A DNA stretch of 64,000 nucleotides, from positions 1,198-65,197 of the forward strand of contig JAFSMR010000059.1 of assembly GCA_017447805.1 (NCBI GenBank), in the 5' to 3' direction. The stretch comes from Kiritimatiellia bacterium. GTDB taxonomy: Bacteria; Verrucomicrobiota; Kiritimatiellia; RFP12; UBA1067. Positions 52,543-60,848 of the stretch are shown piece by piece. Under the pieces are notes generated by a model. It ran no database searches. It worked only from the letters and a program-made list of their open reading frames with translations, and was not told the DNA's origin. Numbering within the stretch: position 1 is the stretch's first letter; the number at the start of each line of letters is the position of its first letter. A program made the position numbers and the translations under genes.

Positions 52543-54924
52543 TTAAAATTCATACCCTACCGTAAAGCTGAATACCTCAGAGTCGGCATCCGAAGGCTTC
52601 TCGATAGGAGTTGCGAAATCGAGTCTCACCGGGAAGCGCGGGATATCGATTCTAAAGCCGATACCAACAGTCCAGGCGAAATCGTCCGCAATATCCATTT
52701 CGTCAGCGCTTACGCTACCGATATCCGTAAAGCCTGCGATTCTGAGGAGTTTCCTGATTGGTATGGTATATTCGAGGTTGGCGCAAACGAGGGTTTGACC
52801 GCCCCATGGGATTGTGCCGCCGCGCACCTCGCCATCGCGGTTCAACTTCTTGGCGTGCGGCGAGACGTGGCGATATTCGATACCGCGAATCGAACGCGGG
52901 CCGCCGAGGAACAAGCGGTTGTAAATCGGGACATCCTCGTCAAAGCCGTCAATCGTCTCGCCTCTTAAAGCGACCATCAAGATATGGTCATAGCGCTTCC
53001 AGACGTTGAAGTAGCTGCGGTGCCTGAAGCCAAGACGCCAATATTCGTTATCTCCGCCGGCAGCGAGGTCTGCGAAAAGAAGCGTGTAAGAGCCTTCCGT
53101 CGGGAAGAAGTAGCTGTCACGGGTATCACGAGACCAGAATACACGGAACACAGATTCAAAAGCGTCTCCATATTCCTTTTCTTCCTGATCGAGCGAAACT
53201 GTCTTGCCGCGATAAAGATAGTTGCCGTGCTCGACATCGTCAAACTCGATATACTCGCCTGTCCAGCGGAAGCCCAGACGGCCAAAAGCTTCTTCTTGAG
53301 AAGGCCAGAATTTTACGGGGTATGCCAGTGTAATATCGCCGCCCGTACGAATGATATCATATTCATCATACCACCTCTGACGGCGATAGGCCCCAACGGT
53401 AAGTTCAAGATGGCGATCGAGGAAGTAAGGCTCTGTGACGCTTGCTTCATAGCTTTGGATACGAGGGCCGACCTGCGCATATACTCTGCCCTTCTGACCA
53501 CCGCCGCGGAAAAATTTCTCCGGCGCGAAAATATCGAAATTGGACTGCGAAAGCTCGACCATCAAAAACACCGAGTCGACGCTGCTCGCGCCTACGCCGA
53601 CCATGAAGTTTCCGGTGTTTTTCTCTTCTACTTCGTATACTAGATCGCGATGCTCGCAGCCATTGGCGTCCTTGCCGCGGCCGGTATCTCTAAGATAATA
53701 CCTCACGCGCGAGAAATATTCAAGGTTTTCCAGCCTCTTTTTCGCGTCCTCGGCTCTATCTACATACATCCTATTGCCGGATTCAAGCTTGATTTCGCGG
53801 CGAATTACTTTATCTTTGGTATAGTCGTTGCCTTCTATCAAAATATTATCGATTACAACCGCGACACCCTCGGTTACCTTGAATACGATATCCAGAGCGG
53901 TGGAATCTTCCTCTGTCGGGATCCACTGCACGTCGACTTGCGTTTCGGCAAGCCCCTTATCGCCGGAGCCAACCATTACCGCGATTCTATGGGCCGTATC
54001 ATCCAGCATCTTCTTGCCGGCGACTTCGCCTGCCGCGGGCAATTCGCTTTTGCCGGCGATTACCTGCACGGGATATGCCGTTACTCCTTCTATTGCGGTA
54101 GACGCGATTTTATATTGAGGCCCTTCCGAGACATTGAAAATTACATTCATCTTTGCGGAATTTTCTGCCGTGCGCTCTAGCCTCGGCTCGAAAACCTTTA
54201 CATCGAGATAACCCTTGTCGCGAAATACTTCCGCAATCTTTTCGCGGCAACGCTCAAGCTCCTCGGGGGTAACGGGCTCGTCTACAAACCATCCTACCGG
54301 ATTCCACCAAGGATATAGGCCGATTGCATCGCGAAGCTCGTCTTCTTCGACGGATTCCACGCCATCAAATACAAAATCTACATTCTTGCGTCTTTCCCCT
54401 TCTACGATTACGAATGTAATTTCGCAGCTATTGCCGCCGCCGGGGATAGGCGTCGCGATTGGCGTAACCTTGGCATCGTGATAATATTTTCTCTGGTATG
54501 CCAGGCGGATTTTCGCCGCCGCCGCCGCAATATCGCCTTCGCCATACAAATAGCCGTCCTTCAGCCCCGCCAAATCGGCAATCTTCGATTCGCCGAATTC
54601 TTCATTGCCCTTGATGACGAGCGGCGCCTGATAGCGCATCTTGCGGCGAACGGTGAAACCCACATCGACTCTTCCATCTGCCTTATCTTCGCTAGTCGCG
54701 CTGATTTCTTCGTACTCTCCGCTCGTTTTCAGCGATGTTACATCGCGCGAGACTGTCACAGGATCGTATGCCATGCCGGATTTCGTCTGGCAACGCGCAA
54801 GCACGGAGCTCGAATCGCCGCCGAATTCATCGAGAACTACAACTCTTACATCAGATACGACAGCCGCGAATGCACCGCCACAAGCGAGCATCGCCGCCAA
54901 TAAAACACTCTTTACCATCTTCAT
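52543..54924 (-). CDS. bamA: outer membrane protein assembly factor BamA
   Basis: 793 aa. A signal peptide, POTRA-like repeats, and a C-terminal beta-barrel ending in FSFTVGYEF. Confidence 0.92.
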   Translation of the reverse strand: MKMVKSVLLAAMLACGGAFAAVVSDVRVVVLDEFGGDSSSVLARCQTKSGMAYDPVTVSRDVTSLKTSGEYEEISATSEDKADGRVDVGFTVRRKMRYQAPLVIKGNEEFGESKIADLAGLKDGYLYGEGDIAAAAAKIRLAYQRKYYHDAKVTPIATPIPGGGNSCEITFVIVEGERRKNVDFVFDGVESVEEDELRDAIGLYPWWNPVGWFVDEPVTPEELERCREKIAEVFRDKGYLDVKVFEPRLERTAENSAKMNVIFNVSEGPQYKIASTAIEGVTAYPVQVIAGKSELPAAGEVAGKKMLDDTAHRIAVMVGSGDKGLAETQVDVQWIPTEEDSTALDIVFKVTEGVAVVIDNILIEGNDYTKDKVIRREIKLESGNRMYVDRAEDAKKRLENLEYFSRVRYYLRDTGRGKDANGCEHRDLVYEVEEKNTGNFMVGVGASSVDSVFLMVELSQSNFDIFAPEKFFRGGGQKGRVYAQVGPRIQSYEASVTEPYFLDRHLELTVGAYRRQRWYDEYDIIRTGGDITLAYPVKFWPSQEEAFGRLGFRWTGEYIEFDDVEHGNYLYRGKTVSLDQEEKEYGDAFESVFRVFWSRDTRDSYFFPTEGSYTLLFADLAAGGDNEYWRLGFRHRSYFNVWKRYDHILMVALRGETIDGFDEDVPIYNRLFLGGPRSIRGIEYRHVSPHAKKLNRDGEVRGGTIPWGGQTLVCANLEYTIPIRKLLRIAGFTDIGSVSADEMDIADDFAWTVGIGFRIDIPRFPVRLDFATPIEKPSDADSEVFSFTVGYEF

Positions 54925-54945
54925 GCCCTATATTTTACCATATTT

Positions 54946-56085
54946 TCAGCTTCCGGTGTAGGCCAAAATGAAATCTTTTATGATTTTTTCATATATCAGC
55001 TTATCCATGGAAACAATCGTCTTTTCCACGCCAATACCCGCCGGGACACTGCGTGCAGTGCTTCCGCGCAGCATTATCCACTCGTCGATTCCGGCTAATA
55101 TCGCATCTGTCTGCGACAAGACGTGATTGCTATACACTAAACCATCCAGCGCGCCAACATCTGCCACTGCGCGGCAAATGGCTTCTTGGTCTTTGGCGGA
55201 AAGCACCCCTTGCGATACCGCATAGGCGCACTCTATGCATATACTTATCGCGCAGCCATACCCATGCGGGATTTTGCCTCCGCTAAGTGTCCAAAGCTTG
55301 TCTGCACACCATTGCGCAAAGCTCGTATCGCTCATCTTTGTTCTTAGGGCAAGGAACTTATGCAAAAGCTTGGCTGTTTTTTCTTCGTTCCTCTCCTTTA
55401 TATAGTGCCCTTCTTTCATGAGCTTGCGCATAAATTCGGCATCTCTCACGGCTGCAAAGCGCATCATCGTCGCGCCGCCGCCTTTCCAGACCCCGTCAAA
55501 CGCCGTCTTGTTCAACCCTGCGCTTACGATTGTCGCATAAGGAATACTGGTTGTCGTGTAGGCTTTTCTGATATTGGGAGTATCGATCGAAACTTCCGTG
55601 GAACAGGAACATTCGACCATCGATACGAGCGTCGTCGGAACGCGAACTATATTTCGCACTCCTCTATATATCGAGGATGCGGCAAAGCTCGCGATATCCA
55701 TAATCGCCCCGCCGCCGAGAATCATTAACGCATCGTATGCTGTCAAATGGACATCAAACATCGATTTTGCGAGAGAAAGCGCGAGCTGAAGAGGATCGCT
55801 TCTTTGCTCTTTTACATTCGAACGTTTCGTTGTTACGGGCAAGCCCAGCAACTGGATGTTGTTGCGCTTGAGGTATCTGCCGATAGTAGAGCCTATTTGG
55901 GGGTTGTTCTGCACAAAATTATTATCCGCAATAAGCATCATCCTGGGCTTGTTTGCGCCACGCGCCGCGCCGCGCACCATCTCGGCGGTTATTTCGTCCT
56001 TATCGCCGAAAATATCGTCTACATACGCGACGTTGAATGGCTTTTCTTCTATCCCTGGGTTTGTTTCGAATAATTCAGATGACAT
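54946..56085 (-). CDS. divergent 3-dehydroquinate synthase-like (DHQS/iron-ADH superfamily) protein
   Basis: LGGGAIMDIASFAASSIYRGVRNIVRVPTTLVSMVE aligns with the AroB block [35 protein letters not shown], but the catalytic segment that follows differs. Confidence 0.6.
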   Translation of the reverse strand: MSSELFETNPGIEEKPFNVAYVDDIFGDKDEITAEMVRGAARGANKPRMMLIADNNFVQNNPQIGSTIGRYLKRNNIQLLGLPVTTKRSNVKEQRSDPLQLALSLAKSMFDVHLTAYDALMILGGGAIMDIASFAASSIYRGVRNIVRVPTTLVSMVECSCSTEVSIDTPNIRKAYTTTSIPYATIVSAGLNKTAFDGVWKGGGATMMRFAAVRDAEFMRKLMKEGHYIKERNEEKTAKLLHKFLALRTKMSDTSFAQWCADKLWTLSGGKIPHGYGCAISICIECAYAVSQGVLSAKDQEAICRAVADVGALDGLVYSNHVLSQTDAILAGIDEWIMLRGSTARSVPAGIGVEKTIVSMDKLIYEKIIKDFILAYTGS

Positions 56086-56102
56086 GTTTTATTCCTTGAA
56101 AT

Positions 56103-57875
56103 TTAGCGTTTTGAAAATTTTTGTTTCTGTTTGGGCGCCTTTGCGCTCTCTAAAAGCGCCTTGGCATGCTCATAGGCCGCCTTGCCCCCGCCTAGCATGC
56201 GTTTGATTTCTTCGAGCCTGTCTTCACCTTCAGCGCTAACAGCCTTTGTGCGTGTCTTGCCGCCCTCCACGCTTTTCGAGATTACCAAATGATGTGAAGC
56301 GTATATCGCGCTTTGAGGAAGATGGGTAATTGCGATTACCTGACGACCGGCGGCAACTTCGCGCATTTTGGCGCCAACCGCTCTACCCGTCTCGCCGCCT
56401 ATATTCGCATCGATTTCATCGAAGACTAATATAGGCGTCGCATCGTGTTCGGCAAGCGTCGCTTTGAGCGCGAGCATCACACGGGCGATTTCGCCGCTTG
56501 AAGCGATATCCGCAAGCGAACGGGCGCTCTGCCCGGGGTTAGGCTCGAACATGTAGACTATTCTATCGCAACCTGAAGAAGATGGTTCGGCTTTTTCTGT
56601 TTCCACATCGAATTTCGACTGGTTGAAACCAAGGTCTTTCAAATTTCCGGTGACAAGCGAAGCGAGGTTTTTCGCCGCCTTTTGCCTCGCGCGGCGAAGC
56701 TTTTCGCCTTCCGAGCGAACAGCTTCGATTTCGCGCTCTTCCTCGGCGCGAAGAAGCGCCAGCCTTTCTGTTCTTGAAGAAAGTTCTTCCAGCCTCGCCT
56801 TTTTGCGCTCGAGCAACGCTTGCATTTTGGCGCTGAAGGCTTCGTCTTCAAAATCGATTTGCGAACCGAGATATTTGCGCTTCAGTCGATTTATTACGGC
56901 GAGTCTTGAATCCATACGTTCAAGTTCGTCTGGATCTACGTCAAGCCGCGAAGCGGCGTCTGCAATAGAGCGCGATAGTTCGGCTGAAGCTATCGCGATG
57001 TTGTTCGCTTCGTCTTTCCAATTTTCCGCCTCGGGGAAAAAGCGCTCGATGGAATTCAGCCTTGATTGAATACGCGAAGCCAAAATCTCGATTCCTTCGT
57101 CGCCGCCCAAAAGCTCGGTTGCCTGGTTTGCCGCCTCTACGATCTCGCCCGCGTGGGCTTGTGCGGCATGCCGCTCGGCCAATGTATCATCCTCTTCGGT
57201 AATCGCCGCCTCTTCGATTTCCGCGCTTTGGTATTTTAGCAGGTCGACCTCTTCTTCTACATTCTCGGCCTCTTCGAGTATCTTTATCTTCTCTCGCGTA
57301 GCGCTAAGCGCGGCCCACGCTTCGCTATAGGCTGTTTTTTCGATATCCCCGAAAGAATCAAGCGCTTCGCGCTGAAACTTCTCCTCTAAAATCGCCTGAT
57401 TCGCCCGCGGACCGTGCACGTCGGCGATTTCGCGCCCGATTTTTCGTAAAGTCGCTACGGTCGAAGCGCAATCGTTGACCCAAACCCTGGATACGCCGCC
57501 CTTCGCGCCTATAGTGCGCCGGATTATGAGGCTGCGAAATTCTTCGCCGCCATCCTCTTCGCTCGACATGATACCCGATTCTTCCAAAATCGCCGCGAGC
57601 TTCGAGTATGTTGCATCTTCCCGCGCTCCCCTAGAGCCCTTCGCGCTCTTTAAAGGAAAGAGAAATTCCGCCTCTATACAAGCCTCTTTCGCACCATCGC
57701 GAACTACGCCGGCTTCCGCGCGAGCGCCAAGCGCCAGCTCGAGCGCACCAATCAAAACAGATTTGCCGGCGCCGGTCTCACCGGTAAGCACGTTCAGACC
57801 GAGTGAAAAATCTGCTTCGAGATTCTCCACTACTGCAAGATTCGCTACTTTCAGATGCTTTAACATATCAGGCAC
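56103..57875 (-). CDS. recN: DNA repair protein RecN
   Basis: MLKHLKVANLAVVENLEADF...LTGETGAGKS at the N-terminus, coiled coils, and C-terminal SGGE...LVFDEIDANIGG. Confidence 0.92.
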   Translation of the reverse strand: MPDMLKHLKVANLAVVENLEADFSLGLNVLTGETGAGKSVLIGALELALGARAEAGVVRDGAKEACIEAEFLFPLKSAKGSRGAREDATYSKLAAILEESGIMSSEEDGGEEFRSLIIRRTIGAKGGVSRVWVNDCASTVATLRKIGREIADVHGPRANQAILEEKFQREALDSFGDIEKTAYSEAWAALSATREKIKILEEAENVEEEVDLLKYQSAEIEEAAITEEDDTLAERHAAQAHAGEIVEAANQATELLGGDEGIEILASRIQSRLNSIERFFPEAENWKDEANNIAIASAELSRSIADAASRLDVDPDELERMDSRLAVINRLKRKYLGSQIDFEDEAFSAKMQALLERKKARLEELSSRTERLALLRAEEEREIEAVRSEGEKLRRARQKAAKNLASLVTGNLKDLGFNQSKFDVETEKAEPSSSGCDRIVYMFEPNPGQSARSLADIASSGEIARVMLALKATLAEHDATPILVFDEIDANIGGETGRAVGAKMREVAAGRQVIAITHLPQSAIYASHHLVISKSVEGGKTRTKAVSAEGEDRLEEIKRMLGGGKAAYEHAKALLESAKAPKQKQKFSKR

Positions 57876-57924
57876 TTGTCACTTCGCCTACTGCTGCAAA
57901 TAATAGGCCTAAACTGCTTAAATT

Positions 57925-57998
57925 TGGAGCGGGCGATGGGAATCGAACCCACGTAAGAAGCTTGGGAAGCTCCTATTCTGCCATTGAATTACGCCCGC
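57925..57998 (-). tRNA. tRNA-Gly (anticodon CCC)
   Basis: Manual cloverleaf on the minus strand: acceptor GCGGGCG/CGCCCGC, anticodon loop TTCCCAA, T-loop TTCGATT, encoded CCA. Confidence 0.9.
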
Positions 57999-58021
57999 AC
58001 GTTTACCAATGCATTTTGCTT

Positions 58022-58113
58022 TGGCGGAGAGAGAGGGATTCGAACCCCCGATACCCTTGCGGGTATGCATGATTTCGAGTCATGTGCATTCAACCAGGCT
58101 CTGCCATCTCTCC
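58022..58113 (-). tRNA. tRNA-Ser (anticodon CGA)
   Basis: Manual cloverleaf: acceptor GGAGAGA/TCTCTCC, anticodon loop CTCGAAA, a long variable arm, encoded CCA. 92 nt. Confidence 0.9.
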
Positions 58114-58132
58114 TAGGGTGCAACGAGCGCGT

Positions 58133-58162
58133 ATTATATCAAATTTCTCTATGCCGTGTCAA
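58133..58162 (-). promoter_or_regulatory. putative promoter of the tRNA-Ser/tRNA-Gly pair (TTGACA-18-TGATATAAT)
   Basis: -35 at 58162-58157 and -10 at 58138-58133. The tRNA starts 20 nt downstream. Confidence 0.65.
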
Positions 58163-58209
58163 CAGGAATGGTTGCGATTTATTGCTCGCCGCCGCGCTTG
58201 CCGCCCGCC

Positions 58210-58917
58210 TCAACGCGATATGAAGATTGTTTCGATTTCGGGGTAGGTCTTTTCAAGGAGCTTCGCAAGCGCCTTTACCCCGAATGTCTCGGTTAGGTAG
58301 TGCCCGGCGAGAATCATTTCCATTCCGATATTTTCCGCAGCGATTGTTTCACCCCAATCGGCTTCGCCGGTAACGAGAACTTTGCATCCTGACGATGCGG
58401 CATCTTTCGCGAATACTGCCGCGCCCCCTGAACATACGCCGATTTTCCCCTTGGGAATGGTGAATTTGATTTCGCCGATTTCAACCGTCCTTTTCTTTGG
58501 CGAAATTCCTGTCACCCCGATTATATTGCCATGATAGGAAAATGCCGGCGATATGTTCTTAAGCCCCATGAAACGCGCAAGCTGCCAGTTGTTGCCGACT
58601 TTCTTGTTCGCATCGAGCGGCAAATGGCTTGCGTAGAGCGCCAACCTAGAACGAATCGCTTCGCCTATTACATTGTATTCGCCTCCGGTTATGCGTTTGA
58701 TCCCGCCGCCCCAGCTTATGCCGTGGTGGACGACGAGCAGCTGCGCACCTTGCTCGCAGGCCGCGCGGACACTTTGAAGCGATGCGTCGACCGCGAATGC
58801 GACGCGGGCAATATCGATTCCGGAATTCTCGATTTGCAGTCCGTTATTCGAAACATCATCGAATTTATTGCTCTGGAGGACTTCATCCAACCATTTGACG
58901 ATTTTTTCGAGTTTCAT
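58210..58917 (-). CDS. Nif3-like dinuclear metal centre protein (short form)
   Basis: DVSNNGLQIEN, LLVVHHG...WGG and a C-terminal AGHYLTE motif. 235 aa. Confidence 0.85.
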   Translation of the reverse strand: MKLEKIVKWLDEVLQSNKFDDVSNNGLQIENSGIDIARVAFAVDASLQSVRAACEQGAQLLVVHHGISWGGGIKRITGGEYNVIGEAIRSRLALYASHLPLDANKKVGNNWQLARFMGLKNISPAFSYHGNIIGVTGISPKKRTVEIGEIKFTIPKGKIGVCSGGAAVFAKDAASSGCKVLVTGEADWGETIAAENIGMEMILAGHYLTETFGVKALAKLLEKTYPEIETIFISR

Positions 58918-59976
58918 CTAGGCTACCCTTCTTGCGGCGAACATCGAAATCGAAACCGCGATAAATACCAGTATCGCGCCGATCGCGAGCGGCAAAGCGA
59001 AGTGCTCGTCCCAGCGCTGGAGAATTTCGGCATCGATTTTCGTCTTTTCCATTTTATCGATATCCGCGAGCGCATTCTGGAGAGAATCCGAATCGTTCAC
59101 GCGAAAATATACTCCACCTGTAGTATCTGCGATAGATTTAAGCTGCGCTTCATCGAATGTCGTTGCGGCGTAGCGCACCTGCTCGGCGCCCGTTCGCAGA
59201 TTCCTGTAAAGAATCGGCGTATCTATGGCATTCGTCCCTACGCCGATGGTATAAACTTTTACGCCCAATTCGCGCGCTGCTTCGGCAGCTTCTTCGGGCG
59301 TCACCGCCCCCATGTTCGAAACGCCATCCGAAAGAAGAATGACGATTTTCGATTTGACATTGGATTGCCTCAACCTCGAAAGAGCTGTCGCTAGCCCGTC
59401 GCCGATCGCGGTAAGCATTTCATCGTCACCTAGCAGAATTCCATCGCGTCCCGTGCCGGAGCCTGGTATTTCCACGCCCTTGAGGACGTTCAGCAAGGCA
59501 TCGTGGTCTGCAGTAAGCGGCGCGCGCGTTGTCGCAAATCCGCCGAACGTAACGAGGCTGATTAAATCTTCCGGCCGCTTGGCCACAAATTCGGCGAAGA
59601 GTTTTTTTACTACTGCCAGGCGCGTGGTTTCTTTCGAAAAACGCTCGCCTTTAGGCGTCAGGTCAAGCGCATTCATCGACCCCGATACATCGACCGCCAT
59701 GGCTATTGCAATCGCATCCATGCTTCTGGCGGCCCTGGAAAGCGAAGTCCTTGGACGGGCAAGCGCAATAGTCAAAAGAGATAGCGCGATTATCATCAAG
59801 ATTGGGGAAAGCGCCGCGAGATACGCGCGCCAGGCGCTGGCTTTCACCGGCAGACGCGAGAGCGCGGAAAAGCGGATTCCGCTTCTTTTGCCGCGCCGCA
59901 GCATCCGCCAAGCGGCGAAGGCTATCGGCAGCAAGAAAAGGCTCATCCAGGGGCTGGCAAAATTCAGCGTACTCAT
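58918..59976 (-). CDS. VWA domain membrane protein (BatA-like)
   Basis: N-terminal TM segments, MIDAS DVSGSM, a VWA fold pattern and a C-terminal TM segment. Confidence 0.85.
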   Translation of the reverse strand: MSTLNFASPWMSLFLLPIAFAAWRMLRRGKRSGIRFSALSRLPVKASAWRAYLAALSPILMIIALSLLTIALARPRTSLSRAARSMDAIAIAMAVDVSGSMNALDLTPKGERFSKETTRLAVVKKLFAEFVAKRPEDLISLVTFGGFATTRAPLTADHDALLNVLKGVEIPGSGTGRDGILLGDDEMLTAIGDGLATALSRLRQSNVKSKIVILLSDGVSNMGAVTPEEAAEAARELGVKVYTIGVGTNAIDTPILYRNLRTGAEQVRYAATTFDEAQLKSIADTTGGVYFRVNDSDSLQNALADIDKMEKTKIDAEILQRWDEHFALPLAIGAILVFIAVSISMFAARRVA

Positions 59977-60839
59977 TTATTCGCCTCCATATCTTGCGCG
60001 GCGTTGTCTCCCTTGAGATAGCTTCGTGCCGAATCGGTCGCGCAATCCGTCATTTCCGGCGTGGCCTTCACGCCGGCGAATTTCACCATATCGGCTTCTT
60101 CCATGAATTCCTTTAGCGCTTTTAGGGATTCAGGGCTGCCTGATTTGAAATCGCGCAAAAATTCCTCTGTCGTCAAATGAGGCGCTTTTACGCCATATTT
60201 GCGCTGAACGTACCTTCTCACGAGGCGCGTTAGTTCGACATAGAAATCTTTATATCTGCCCCGACCGGGCAGCCCCTTCTTGAGCAATGCCTCGAGCTCT
60301 GCAAACGCCCTCTCTATAGGGCTCATCCTGAATTCGCGGATTCTGCGCCTTAGATATTTCACAATGAAGAAAACCGAACCTGCCAGCGCAAGCGCGCCGA
60401 GAATATAAATGAAAATCTTGCCCACCAGGCGGAAACTCAACGGCGGCATGACTTTCTTCGCCTCGATTTCCATATCGCCGGAAAGCTCCGGCTGCGGTTT
60501 TTGGGTAAAATAAACCGGGCCAGCTACTTCATCGCCGATTTGGAATGGCGCGATTTTATAGACTTTTTCGCAAGGCTTTGGCATAAGGCGCCATTGGGTC
60601 TTTTGGATCATTCTGCCGCCATCCTCGCGGTATGGTTCTTCGTTTACCTGCTCGACAAGCTGAAAGCCGCGAGCGCGCTCGCGCAAATCAGGAACGTCCA
60701 CCCCTTCCGGCGCCGTTAGAGTAGATTCGAGGAATAGGCTTTTGCCGGTATCTACTTCGCCGGTCTCCCCCTCGATTTTGAAATCGACCGGGCCGCGCGA
60801 AAATTCAAGAAGGCTCGCCGCTAGAAGAATAAAGGTCAT
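59973..60839 (-). CDS. membrane protein of the Bat/aerotolerance-type cluster (DUF4381-like C-terminal half)
   Basis: A central TM segment followed by a helical region SPIERAFAELEALLKKGL... This is a context-based call. Confidence 0.5.
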   Translation of the reverse strand: MTFILLAASLLEFSRGPVDFKIEGETGEVDTGKSLFLESTLTAPEGVDVPDLRERARGFQLVEQVNEEPYREDGGRMIQKTQWRLMPKPCEKVYKIAPFQIGDEVAGPVYFTQKPQPELSGDMEIEAKKVMPPLSFRLVGKIFIYILGALALAGSVFFIVKYLRRRIREFRMSPIERAFAELEALLKKGLPGRGRYKDFYVELTRLVRRYVQRKYGVKAPHLTTEEFLRDFKSGSPESLKALKEFMEEADMVKFAGVKATPEMTDCATDSARSYLKGDNAAQDMEANK

Positions 60840-60848
60840 TGTTCGATA

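Noticed and set aside
51757-52968. 403-aa plus-strand ORF
   Set aside because: It lies entirely antisense to three well-supported genes (lpxD, skp, bamA). Its composition is rich in Arg, Leu and Phe with low complexity, and it has no SD or promoter. This is a typical shadow ORF of a GC-balanced coding region.
57876-57924. Search for an SOS (LexA) box upstream of recN
   Set aside because: Neither CTGT-N8-ACAG nor GAAC-N4-GTTC is present. The TGAAC words at 26312-26337 and about 45860 are direct repeats, not palindromic Cheo-type boxes.
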